DNA from: Lama guanicoe
Taxonomy: Eukaryota
NCBI GenBank assembly: GCA_013239625.1
Contig: MU053911.1
Span: forward strand, 757,590-821,589
Direction of reading: 5' to 3'
Length of the DNA: 64,000 nucleotides
The notes under the pieces were generated by a model, which saw only the letters and a list, made by a program, of their open reading frames with translations, did no database searches and was not told the origin of the DNA. The translations under genes and the position numbers were made by a program. Below are positions 1 to 12,729 of this stretch, piece after piece; the first letter of the stretch is position 1, and each line of letters begins with the position of its first letter.

Positions 1-683
1 CCCCACTAAACTGTAGGCACTTGAATTCCAGCCCCACCTCCTGGGTAAGTGGACTCGGGTCTGTGTCACTCGGCTTCCCAAGCAGAGGTGATCTTTCATG
101 TTCCTTCCTCCTTGAAAATTCTGTTACTCTGGAAAATAAACTCCCCCTCATTTCCGCCTTGATTCTTAGTAAACTCACGCGGTAAAAATGAGTGTCAGGT
201 ACACAGAAAGCTGTCCACAAAGACCTGTTTAATATGGAACAAGCGGGGCACACTTGCCCGCTGGTCTCTCCGGTGCTCAGCCTCCTCGTGGCCACTGGGC
301 AAGAGCAGCAGATTTCAGCAGGAAAGCGTGCGGTTGCTCTTCCTGGTGACTCCCTACGGAGGCACCTACGAGCTCACATTTTAGGAGCATATCCCCCTCC
401 ACGAGTTCCGGCGCCGGCTGTGTTGCCAGCTGGACAGAACACCTTTTGGAAAATTGCGCTACGTCTGTTGCACCAGCAGAGGATGTGCTCTGCAGCTCTG
501 CCCTCCTGCTGAGAGATTCCAGGAAGCTTGTAGTGTCCAGGGCTGTCCAAGAAAAACTATCCAAACCAGGACAGAAGCCAAAGAAATCTCAGCTCCCAGA
601 AGCGGTGCTTTCCATGATCCGGTGAGAAGGCAATCTCTCAAGGGGCCAGCAGCCGCTGCTCTATCTGGGGAGAGCTGCTGACC

Positions 684-770
684 GGCTGTGTGAGCTTGGG
701 CAAGTCGCTTCGTTTCTTATTTGTAACATCAGGAGCTTAAACCAGGCCCCTTTCCAGCTCTAAAACTCTG
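684..770 (+). mobile_element. MIR/MIR3-like SINE fragment
   Basis: ctgtgtgagcttgggcaagtcgctt...tttgtaa...ccagctctaaaactctg resembles the MIR core (tgtgaccttgggcaagtcactt) and the MIR3 3' end. Confidence 0.55.
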
Positions 771-2042
771 CAGCTCGGAGTCTAAGGACTCATGCCTTCT
801 TGGAGATGAAGTTTAATCCTGTCGTAGACTGGCTTGTTATTACGATACAGTCCGTTCACACATAACCCAAACAAAACCAGGTCTCCCACAGCCCAAAACA
901 ATGTCAAGAACCAGCGTGATTTACATGGGAACGAGACCTTGCCTTGGGCTTCGGCACCCCCGCGCGTCCCCCCGGAGCGCCCTGGCGTGTCCTCCACCCT
1001 GTGCGCCTGAGCAGTAAATCTTCAGGATGTGAGATCAGTGCCTGGTCAGATAAATAAATGAATCAACGTTCGGCAAATGCCGTAAATCGTCAGCTTCCCT
1101 CTCCTCAGTCTCCCTTCCTCAGCCAAATTCCTATGGAAACAAACAAACAGAAAAGCCAAAAGAGAGAGGAAGGCAGAAAATATTTTCAGCTCACGACGTG
1201 ACCTGTTGGAGCAGGCCGCCCTACATTTCATCAGCATGGCCTCCACCTGCCCTCCCACCCAGCAGAGCTATTTTCAGCACACAGGGCACCGCTTATTCTG
1301 TGGCTGCATTAGGCCGCGTCCCCGGTCAGGCAGCTTTTGTTAAGGAAGTTGTTCCTTAAGCCCCTCCAGCTGCTTTCTCAAGTGCACCTTTAGGAATAAG
1401 GGGACGGGAAGCCCGGGAAGCCATCACGGGCTCAGCCCTGCCCTCAACCGCGAGCCAGGAGGGCGTCTCAGAGGAGTGCACCTCGCTCGCAGCAGCCCTG
1501 CAGCAGCTCCCCGTGTGAGGGGCCGTCATCTCGCTCCTGCGCTTGGCCGTCGTCAGCCCCGGATAATTACTTTTCCCGTTCTAATTTAATTTGCATTAAG
1601 CCCGGTGTGTTTAGGTTTTGAGACCTAACGCTCGGATCGGGCCTGTGGTTAGGAACGCAAGACTCCTGGGAAAACATCTGGTCTTATCCTGAGTAGATGC
1701 CGGAACCCCCTTCGTGCTGCTCGAATCCCGCTCTGAATGTCCTTCCTCACAAAGTGTACTCTGCACACACACGATTTAAAAATGAAAACAGGTCCACAGG
1801 TGACCGCTGAGAGGACGGTGCCTTGGAGAACGCTCGACAGTTCACCACGAACTAGTCACTAAAATGATTCCTCGAATCCCTTGTGTTTTGGAAGATCCAC
1901 ACACCAACACAAGGCCTTGTGATTCGACAAACGAATTCTGAGTGGACTGCAGCCGTGTCAGCTCCTTCCTTTACTCGCACAGTCACCCTTAACTTGATGG
2001 AGGCAGAGTGCAAAGTGCTGGACAACCTTCCTTTTTCTTTCT

Positions 2043-2150
2043 TTCTTTTTTTTAATGACGTATAGTCAGTTGCAACGTGTCGGTGTCTGGTGGCCAGCAC
2101 CATGTTCCAGTCATGTGTGAACACACATGCGTTTGTTTTCATACTTTTTC
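2043..2150 (-). mobile_element. Short L1 3'-terminal fragment
   Basis: T-run followed by gtatagtcagttgcaacgtgtcggtgtctggtggccagcac, the reverse complement of the L1 3' end seen at about 12190-12240. Confidence 0.6.
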
Positions 2151-4479
2151 ACTGCAGGTTACTGCGAGGCATTGAATGCAGTTCCCTGTGCAGTGCAGAA
2201 AGTCCATGTTGTTTATCTTTTTTATACACAGTCGTAATATTTGCAAGTCTCAAACCCCCAATTGTGAATAGCCTTTCTCTGTACAGTACCTGTCCTGTGG
2301 GTCCTGAAGAAACGTAATGGACAAGGCCATGGGGATATTTAGCTGTCAAGTAAGTACCAGTCACTTAACAGATGCTGCTGGCCTTTGCTAACACACAGAC
2401 ACGCACATGTATGTCCAGGCACATGTGTGTGTGTGCACGCGTAGGGGCAGATGTGTGTCTGCACATACTGGACGGTGAGTGGGGAGCACGCCCACCTCGG
2501 TCTGTGGGCTGTCTGAGGAGAACCCGTCTCTCTAAACAGACACCGACGCGTCCCTCCCACAGCAGGAAGAGCACGCGTCTGCCTCCTCTATCGTGCAGTT
2601 AAAACCGCTAAGAAAACACTTTTTTTCAACTTTTGAAGTTATTTATTTATTTATTTGTTGGTTTTTTTGTTGTTCAAATTTCCCTGTCACAGTAACACTA
2701 CCGCAGTGGCAGCCACACCCCACCTCCTCCCCCGTGGCAGCATCACCGTCCCGTTCCCTGGAAGGAGCGATTAGAAAACTCAGGAAGGAGCTGTAACTGA
2801 GGCTCCAGGGAGAGGACCTGGCCTCTGGTGGACAAAGCAACTGCCCTGCTGGTGCCTGGGGGGCCGCCGCAGTGCCCAGGGGCAGCTCTGACCTAACGGA
2901 AGTGAGTGGGGGGAACTGAGATGACACCAGCCGTGCACAGAGGGCGGGATGAGGTGTCAGCCGTCGCTCTGGGAGGAGTGGCTGCGTCGGGGGCCACTGC
3001 AGCTGGACCAGCCAGCAGGCCACCACTCTGGTCACAAGCAGGGGCTGTGCTGCCTTTGAACGGAGGACGTGTGCCGTCCGGGTATGGGGACAACGCATGG
3101 GTTCTTGGGGTGGTCCTGTCGAGTAACAGACGATCCTGGGGAAGAGGAAGGGACAAGCAAGACATAGGGCTCACCTTCGCTCAGGCTGGAAAGCTGAGCG
3201 ACTGCACGCAAGCTGAGGGGACACCCCTGACGCACCCACACGGGAGGACAGGTGCTCCCGGGAGCTGCTGAGAGCTGGACCAACATACTGACGTGGCAGA
3301 GGACGGGCATTTCATTTTATTTCACTTCTGCAATACGTAAACAGAGTAATGTTGTTCCAGTCCATTGCATTGCTTCAGTGACTCTTCACAGCACGCAGTT
3401 CTGTGGAGTACTGCCAGGGTCTACGTGATGGTCTTCTTTTCCAGCCCTCCAGGAAATACTTACAACTTGTAAAAAGCTACATAAAAAGATCTTATTAACA
3501 GAGATCCAAGATGCCACCATCCTGTAATATTCAGTGTGGACTCAAAACAAGCACTGAGAACTCCTGGGTGGCATGAGCTCACAAAAGGCACCCACCCAGC
3601 ACGCATGTGGTCCTGCGGACATGAGCCTCAGTTTCCTCACCTTCCCAGACTCGCCTGGGTTCCCGGAGGCTGGCCCCTTCGCAAGGCGCACGGAGCAGCG
3701 CAGTCCTTCCCCGCCCTCACCCGGGCCGCCCGCACCCAGGGACATGCCTGTGCCCTCCTTGACCTTGTGTTTCTACTGTGGCCATTTCGATGCCAGGCTT
3801 TTTGACAGGACCACAGGGCCCTCCTGTCCTCAATGTCCTGACACAAGCTGAAGGGATGCAACACTCCAAGCTTTCGTGTCAGTAGTGTACGTGCAAAGCC
3901 GCCGAGCGCTCGGCCTCCTAGCCCGTCTCAGACCTTCAGCCTGTAAAGAGGGCCTCGGCACACAGGTGCGGGTGGAGGACAGACCAGAGGCGGTCGGAGG
4001 GGGGGCGGACCCGCGCCTCAGCCCCAGGGCGGGGCGCCCGCTGCTCGCCGCAAACTGTCTCCTCTTCCTCTGCGAGGTCGTTACGTCGTGAAAGCCGCAC
4101 ATCACCACTTCTCGGATTTCCCCCTCCTGTTCAGGAAGAGTTAAGTGGACGGAATGACCTCGGGCCACGCGCCACTCAGCTGCACAAGAAGGCGGCAGTG
4201 CCACCTCTCCCAGCAGCACAGCCCACCCGCGAAGCGGCTCTGGCTCTGGCAGGCAGGACTCACCCCCCGTCGGGGGGCAGATCCACTTTAAAAATGAGGC
4301 TCCACTTCTGGCGGGACAGCGTGCGGCCCACTCCCCAAACCAGTAACTGCCAAAACCAGTAACTGCACCTTACGTTGGTTACTTGTTACATTTCTTTATG
4401 CGGACATGTCATATCAGTTATTGACATATGTAATTCTACACGTGTGTGTCGCACACCGCGTCCCGGTCGCCCTTGTCTC

Positions 4480-6215
4480 AGCTGGAAAGAGGGAGGCTCC
4501 ACTCAGAGAGGAGCCAGCGAGGCCCGAGGCTCCGGCCCTGCTGCCCAGAGCCTGGGTCACCCAGAGGGAGGCCCAGCCTTGGCCTCGGCCCGGAGTTGTC
4601 GCTCAGCGACTTTGCCTGGGGGGAGAAGAGGCCCTGGAACGGCTTCTCATCTCTTCCCAGAGAGCTGACTTCCTCTGAAACAGGTGCGGACAAGTCCACG
4701 CCTGAGGCCACTCTCACAAGCAGTGGAAGCTGCAGTGATGAGTGGCGGGGAGGAGGCTGCTGCACTCATTAGCCATCGAGGTTAAACCACAGACTGAGCA
4801 GTTTGCGGGAGTGGCTTTGGATAAAAAAAAGCTGTGGGGAGGAGGCTTCATGTAGCCAGAGTGTGTCTCAAATACCGGCCAGAGAGCAGGATGTGGACAT
4901 CACAGGAGACAGAGAGCCCTGCCCAAAACACTGCCAGCCCCGCATGATGCGGACACGCCTGGGCTGAGCCCCGGGGCTTCACTGAGGGGGAGGCACAGAC
5001 GTCCCCGCAACGAACACAAGTAAATAAAATGAACAAGACCCAAAGCCCCACGGGGGCGGCGGTGGTTAGCCAGTACCAAGAATGCCTACAGTGTCATATC
5101 GAGAATGCCAAAAATGTGCCCATGGGCAAAGAAACGGGTAAGTGTGACCTCTGGATGGGGAGGAGCCAAATGCCATAGTGACTGACGAAGACTCAAAGCA
5201 GCCGTCACGGCGATGCTCAAAGAATTAAAGGAGACCACGAGGAAAGAGGTAAAGGCATGTCTGGTGACAGCAGGGGAGAAAATATTTGCAAACCCTATAT
5301 CTGGTCAGGGATTTACATCTAAAATGAATCAAGAACTCCTACAACTCAGTCATAAGAAGACGAATAACTCATGTAAAAATGGGCAAAGTATCTGAACACA
5401 AATGTCTCCAAAAAAGACACACAGATGACCAGCAGGCACAGGAAAGAAGGCTCAACAGCACCAGCCACGAGAGAAGCAAGTCGGAGCAGCAGCAACACGG
5501 CCGTGTCCTCACGAGGCGCGGCAGCCAAAACACCGACGGTGGAGCGTCGCAGAGGACGCGGAGGAAGCCCTCTCCCGCCGCGGCGGGAGCTCAGAACGGG
5601 GGCCGCACTGGAAGGCAGCCTGGGGGCCTCTCAGACGGTCAAAGACGGGGTCAACGTGCGGCCTAACGACCTCACTCCTACGTGTACCCAAGAGAAATAA
5701 AACCACGTCCACAAGAAACGTGCACGCTCGTGGTCGTGGTGCATCACTCCCAGCAGCCAGCAGCTGGGAACAACCCAGATGTCCATCAGCCTACAAGTGG
5801 ATGAATGGCTTGTGGCCCACCCGGACAGACGTGCTGTGCTGTCTGACTACGAGGCCGTGCCGTTCCGGCACATGCTGTAACACGGATGAATCCTGGAAAC
5901 ATTGCTTGACTGCGAGAAGCCAGTTATGGAAAACCACACATTATATAATTCCATTCATATGAAATGTCCAGAACGGGCAAACCTAGAGAGAGAAACACTG
6001 GACTTGCGGCTGCGCAGAGCTGCGGGGCTGAAGGCTGGCGAAAGGGGCTGGCAGATAAAGGCTGTCTTCCCAGGGTGAGGACGATGTTCTAGAACCGTTG
6101 GCAGCAACGGCCGCGCACACTGCGAACACACCTAAACCGCTGAACGGGCGTGCTGGGAGGGTGAATTGCGTGCTACATGAAATACCTTCATAACAGTGCT
6201 ACAGTCGATAAACTC
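4480..6215 (+). mobile_element. Ancient L1M (L1MB/L1MC-like), internally deleted: 5'UTR/ORF1-start region joined to ORF2 3' end and 3'UTR
   Basis: 5210-5260 atgctcaaagaattaaaggagacc resembles L1M ORF1-start sequence. From about 5270, ggagaaaatatttgcaaac...gaactcctacaactc...aaaaatgggcaaag...gaacaacccagatgtccatcagc...attccattcatatgaaatgtccagaacgggcaaa is the typical L1M ORF2 end and 3'UTR. The 5' boundary is uncertain. Confidence 0.75.
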
Positions 6216-9124
6216 TAAAAACACATTTTTTGTTGTTATTGGAAAAGAGTAGTATTTTAGTCATCTTTTTTGGATAATTGTGGATACTCGCCTTTGATTC
6301 TCAGCACAACCAGCAAGCAGGCGCACCCTGAAAAGCGGCTGAAATGCAGAACCTGGAACCGCATCGGGGGCGTCTCGTTCTCTCTGAAGTCTGCTGCCTG
6401 CTTTGCGCTTTTCAGTGGAACTGTAATCATGAATGAGTTTGTGCTCACACACTGTGACGCACTGGTCATTTGGAAAACACTCATTTACTCAGTTATGCAG
6501 ATCTTCCATATCTGGTCACAGTTTATCATACAATATCAAAATTCATCGCTTTTAATGCCACCACTGGTACGTTCAGCACGTGTCTGAGGTGCGAAACCAA
6601 CTTAACTCGTCCCGGCTGAGAAGCAGTCAGCGGCATGTGTCTGGGTTTGGGTTAAAAAAAATCTTTATTGTCTTTTCTGAATATGTTATTATATTATGAT
6701 CGTGTTATTAATTCATAGTGGTAAAAATAATAATAGTTTTAAATATCTTTAAAATAAACAAAATGTGCTTAAACTAAAAGAAAACAGTAGTTGGAACAAC
6801 ACAGAAATGAATAAACAGTCCTCACGGTCTTGGTGGGTGGGGGGAGACCGAAGGCTATAACTTTAAAACGTGACTTTCCTCTTTGACAGGGTCATTTTCA
6901 TACAGTTAAGTCAGAACTGATTGTTTAAACAGCCTTGTCAAAATGCCCCGCATTGCTATGGCACTGCCCTCTTTGCTGCAATCAGTTCACCGCCCCAGTT
7001 TTTGATCTGCTAACGGCTATTGTCGCCACCTCCCGAGAATCCGTGACCCAGTCTTTCACTGAAGGGCAGTGCAGCCGCGTTGGAATCGCACGATTCAGCA
7101 CCATTAAGTCTCTGCTGGTTTTACTGAGGAAAGAGAGGAGTTAATTGTCTTCCGCTGATGCCGGCCATTCTTTCTGCTCCTTCTCCTTCGGCTTTGCTGC
7201 CCAAAGACTCACATTCTGTTTGCTTTGCATTTTGGGGTTTTTTTTTCCTTTTCTTTCTTAGCCAGTCCTCCAGGGTGTTCTGCTCATATTTTTCCAATTC
7301 TGTTTTCCTCTGTTGCAAATATTTACCTACGTCTTTTAAAATAAAATATTAAAATTTTAACATCTTAATTAAATAATTGCACTCATATTTATATAAAGTT
7401 GTTATATAATTCTATTTAGCAGTAACGGTGCACTTTTTCACAATGTGTTATATTAAAATAGAACCCTAGACTAAGGGGAAAGGCTAGATTAAAGGAGATG
7501 GAAAAAAAGAAAAAGAGTATAAATTCAAAAGGTCACAGAGTTTGTCTTTTTATAAACCGGGGAAAGAGCTCATTTGGATTTAGCTTCGAAACTTGACACG
7601 CAGCACCGCTGTCTGCAAGGCAGACTTCTGCTGTCTTTGGACGTTTACAAAGACTTTTTCAACAAGCCAGTGGGAAGCGTGTCCTCAGCTACTGAGACGG
7701 TTGCCTCAGGTTTGTTCTTGGCTTTATTTGGTTTTAGGTTTTTCTATATATATTATCAGAAATGCATCCATTGCTCAACTCCTAGGTATAAATGCTACTA
7801 AGCTTGCTTCTGCTCTGATGACATTAACATGACTCTAAAAGAGATGTGACAAGAGCTGCTCTGACTAAAATTGTAGCAGGAAAGCCAGCTGCGAATTACT
7901 GGCTCTCCCGAGCCAAATCTAAGAGAAAGCTGCCAACCAGGGCTCCCAGGGAGTGAACCCTGTCGGTCCACATGGGGAGAAGTCCAGGATGGAGAGTCTG
8001 TCTGCGAGGGCAACTGTAGACTGAGCCCCCCAGGAGCTAGGAAGAAGGCGCCAGGAAGCGCGGAGACTCCCCTGCACCAGCACCCCAGAGCCAGACGTCG
8101 CTGCCCCCGGCTTCCGGCGGGTGTGCACACCGCCGAGTGTGGCCTCATTGCCCGTCCGTGTTGGTGTCTCCGCACGACTCCGCCTCTGGTGAAGGACCTT
8201 TATTCCACGGCCGTCCTGTTACCTAGACGATGCATCCTGGGAAGGCAGTCAGAAAGTGAGACAGACAAATCCGCTTCCTTTCATGGGGTCTGGGCGGAAG
8301 CCAGGAATGCGAGGTCAGACCCAGGAAGCTGGATTACTGGTCAGGAGGTCCCAGCTCGCCCTTTTTTCTTGAGACTGCTGCCTGCGCAGGGAATCATTCT
8401 CTCTGGCACCCTTGTCCATCTAGCCGCCAAAGGCAGAGCTACAGGGCAGCACCTTGTAATCGTGGTAACAACTAAGGCCTCATCGTTGGGTGCTGCCAGA
8501 GCCACCACAGGTAGACTCAAGTCTCTGTCGTGCCCACGGGCTTGACTTGGGGTGAGTGCTGTGAACTACATCATGCTGTTGTCTGTCACACAACGTCAGC
8601 GTCGGTGTGCCTGGAGGCCAGGGTCACTGCAGAAAGAGGATTCCACTCTGATGACTCAGCTGAAGAGATTTTCATGAGACAATTCCAGAGGTGTGTGCAG
8701 GGTTAAGGGTCCCAGGACGCTGAGGCACCCAGAAAGGTCTACCTATGGGAAGCTGTTAGCGGCCTCAGGGCAGAAGGGGCAGAGGTGGGTGGTGGTGACG
8801 GGACCAGACCCCTGGGGCTGGAGCTCTGGCCAGGCACAGGCAGGAGCTGCCACCACGAGGGAGCCCATTTGCTTCCAAACAGGAGGCAGGATCAGCTGGC
8901 TCCCATGTCCCCACCTCCGGCTGGCTCTCTCCCGCAGCTCCTCGCAGCTGGGGCAGAGATGCCAGGCAGTACGGTCCGCCGGGGCAGCCTGCCCGGTAGG
9001 AGCAAGGCAGAGGAGAGCAGGCTGGGGGAGGAGGGTGTCAAAGGGACCCAGCCAGCACAGCATCACTAAGGCTTCTGTATAACAGGGAAAACACTGGAGG
9101 TCGAGATTTGGTGCTGATTTTTGT

Positions 9125-10106
9125 TTTAAGGAAAGCATTGTCAGCTTACAATGCTGTGTTTACTTCTGGTGCACAGCACAGTGACTCAGTCACACATATA
9201 TACTGTTCTTCATGTTCTTTGTCATTATGGGCTATCGCAAGGTATTGAATGTAGTTCCCTGTGTTACACAGCAGGACATTGCTGTTTATCTATTTTATAT
9301 ACAGTGGTTTGTATCTGCTGATCCCAAACTCCCAATTTATCCCTCCACCTCCCCTTCACCCCCATAGTAGCCATAAGTTTGTTTTCTGTGTCCATGACAC
9401 TATTTCTGTTTTGTAAATAAGTTCACTTGTCTCATTTTTCTTACATACAGGTGATATCATATGGTATTTTTCTTTTGCTTTCTGGCTTCATTCAGAATGA
9501 TGATCTCCAGTTCTGTCCATGTTGCTGCAAATGTCATTATTTTGTTCTTTTTTATGGCTGAGTAGTATTCCATTGTATAAATATACCACAACTTCTTTAT
9601 CCACTTATCTGTCAGTGGACACTTAGGTTGTTCCCATGTCTTGGCTGTTGTAAATAGTGCTGCTATGAACACTGCGGTGCATGTGTCTTTTCGAATTAGT
9701 TTCCTCCAGATATATGCCCAGGAGTGGGATTTGCTGGATCATGTGGTAACTCTATTTTCAGTTTTTTGAAGAATCTCCATACTGGTCTCCATAGTGGCTG
9801 CACCAAACTGCATTCCCACCAGCAGTGTAGGAGGGTTCCCCTTTCTCCACAGCCTCTCCAGCATTTGTCATTTGTGGACTTTTGAAGGATGGCCATTCTG
9901 GCTGGTGTGAGGTGATACCTCATTGTAGTTTTGATCTGTATTTCTCTGATGATTAGTGATACTGAGCATTTTCCATGTGCCTGTTGGCCATTTGTATGTC
10001 CCTTCGGACAAATGCTTGTTTAAGCCTTCTGCCCATTTTTGGATTGGGTCGTTTGCTTTTTTGTTATTAAGTCATATGAGCTGTTTCTATATTCTGGAAA
10101 TTGAGC
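9125..10106 (-). mobile_element. 5'-truncated lineage-specific LINE-1 (ORF2 C-terminus and 3'UTR)
   Basis: Minus-strand ORFs 9696-9923 ([11 protein letters not shown]...[26 protein letters not shown]) and 9457-9672 (MFIAALFTTAKTWEQPKCP...WIKKLWYIYTMEYYSAIKKN) match the L1 ORF2 cysteine-rich C-terminus and are frameshifted relative to each other. Confidence 0.95.
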
Positions 10107-11392
10107 TTAATGCCTAGATTTGAATCCTTTTCAGGGGACTCAATTACTGAAGTGCCAAAGATCCTGCTTGTCATTTTAAAATGCCTAGTCAAAACTGAAA
10201 ACAGCGTCAGTGTTTCCATTTTAGGGCTGACCGTGTGGTTCAGGCAAAGAAATGCCAGTGCAGTGCGCTCTGCGGAATTTGCTGTATTAAATACATGCAT
10301 ATTGTAGATCTTCCATTTTTGTCTTATCAGGAACCTCTTCGAAAAATGCTTGGGAAGTAACTCAACTTTATTCCCTAAACCTACTTTTGAAAGAGTAGAT
10401 TTGTTAATTATGGAAAGCACTTCGAATAAAAATTGAGTACCATTATTTAGCATCAAAGCCCAAGGCTGGGGACTGGCCATGTCACCTTTTTCTCCTGCTT
10501 AGTATGCGCAAAGGCTCGTGCCTAGTTCCCATTCCAGCTTCATTGCCTCTATCACAGCACAAACGATGCGCTCAATTTCAGAATGTCCCTGTGGTCAAGT
10601 GTGTTGTTTTTCTAAATTTTGTATTTTAACTGCTTTTTCATTTTATAACATGAAGCGCAGAATTGATCATAGACTCCCAACATAAACCATATTAGTCAAT
10701 TGTAAGAAGAAACATCTCTGTGCAAATGAAAATTTCACCTAATAGTTTTGTTGAACTGCAGCCCTTCTAAGGACAGCAGTTCAGTCTCCAGACGCAGCTG
10801 TCGCCACGCCTGGGGCTCTCCTGCTGCTGGAGCTGCGTCTGATGAAGGCGCCTCTTCCTTTGACACCATTTGAGGCAAGTTATTTACACAATTGTGGCTC
10901 TAATGACTCCTGAGACTTTTCGTTTGTTGGTATTTTTATTAACAATGTAACTTCTAGGACTAAAAGTAAAATATATTTTACATTTTAAATATTTACTTGG
11001 ATCTTTTAAGATTGGTAATTTTATAATCTCTTGTGCCTTCAGAGAAAAAAAACGTTTAAGTAATTTAAACATATCTTTCCTTGAAACACAGTGAAGCTTT
11101 GTAAATGGCTTCTACTTCAGGACAGATCCACGTTCACCTTTCAACTCTTCCTGACCCCTGTTGACTGGTACCTTTCATGTGCACTCACGCACAAACGCAC
11201 ACACACACATACATTACGGCACTAGAAAACATACATGGAGCAAGATCACATGGATGACCCAGAAACTGTATGATTTCTATATTTGAAAACAAAGGGATCA
11301 TATTGCAGAACCCCCAGTTACAGACGAGTGGCTTAACACCCAATTCAGGTCAAAGAGGGGACCTCTGGATAAGTTAAATAAATGCATTTTCT

Positions 11393-12246
11393 GCTCCATA
11401 TCACTAACTATCAGAGAAATGCAAATCAAAACTACAACAAGGTATCACCTCACACCAGTCAGAATGGCCATCATTCAAAAGTCCACAAATGGCAAATGCT
11501 GGAGAGGCTGTGGAGAAAAGGGGACCCTCCTACACTGTGGTGGGAATGCAGTTTGGTGCAGCCACTGTGGAAAGCAGTGTGGAGATTCCTCAAAAGACTA
11601 GGAATAGACTGACCATGTGACCCAGCAATCCCGCTCCTGGGCATATTTCCAGGAGGAACCTTAATTCAAAAAGACACCTGCACCCCAATGTTCACAGCAG
11701 CACTATTTACAGTAGTCAAGACATGGAAACAGCCTAAATGTCCATTGACAGATGACTGGATAAAGAAGTTGTGGTATATTTATACAATGGAATACTACTC
11801 AGCCATAAAGATGATAAAATAAAGCCATTTGCAGCAACATAGATGGGCCTGAAGATTGTCATCCTAAGTGAAATAAGTCAGAAAGAGAAAGAAAAATACC
11901 ATATGATATCGCTTATATGTGGAATCTAAAAAAACAAACAAACAAACAAATTCACAAAACAGAAACAGACTCACAGACACAGAAGACAAACTTACGGTTA
12001 CAGGGGGGAAGGATGGGAGGGATAAATTGAGAGTTTGAGATTTGCAAATACTGACTGGTATGTATAAAATAGATAAATATGTTTATATTTTATAGTACAC
12101 AGAAATATATTCAATATCTTGTAGTAGCTTACGGTAAAAAAGAATATGAAAATGAATGTATGTACATCCATGTATGACTGAAGAATTGTGCTGTACACCA
12201 GAAATTAACACAACATTGTAAACTGACTATACCTCAAAAAAAGTAA
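11393..12246 (+). mobile_element. 5'-truncated lineage-specific LINE-1 with target-site duplication
   Basis: ORF 11419-11601 ([39 protein letters not shown]) is L1 ORF2. The element ends in an A-rich tail and is flanked by taaataaatgcattttct (11375-11392) and taaataaatgcgttttct (12247-12264). Confidence 0.95.
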
Positions 12247-12729
12247 TAAATAAATGCGTTTTCTTCACTAAACTCCAGCAACACTCCCTGCCTTGAGGCT
12301 TTGAGGAACATTCTGCAGCCTTAGGGGCTGGCTGTGCTCTGCTATACTCTGTGCACCCAGGGAGCAGCCATGGCATGTGCTGTGTGTCTACTGGCAAAAG
12401 AGCTCCACTCAGTGAAGTGACACCTGTCACAGTGGACCCCTCGCATGGACGCAGGAGCCAGTCCTGCGCTTACCTTGAGGCTTTTCCAATACCTGCCCCC
12501 AGTGAGCAGTAAGCTGCCAGAGACGGCAAACACATCTCCCACACGGTCCTCCTGCAGGGGCGCTTCCTTCTGCTGCCTCGCCAGAGGGGTCCCGCTGTCA
12601 GTGCACTGCCCCCCAGCACCCTGGGCACAGACGCACCGCCCTCCAGGGCCAGGAAGCCCCTGCAGGTGCACAGCCGGCGCTTCTCTGGCTGCATGGCTGT
12701 TTCTGGTGAGTTCACAGCTCTGAATACTG

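Noticed and set aside
4337..4367. Short tandem duplications (aaaccagtaactgc x2; also cctgggacgatct x2 near 18360, agattaact x2 near 33774, ttttaagtttgaagca x2 near 50511)
   Set aside because: Ordinary slippage micro-duplications with no evidence of function
7609..7654. Two small adjacent hairpins (gtctgc-aag-gcagac; gtctttg...caaagac)
   Set aside because: Stems of 6-7 bp are expected by chance and show no RNA-gene hallmarks
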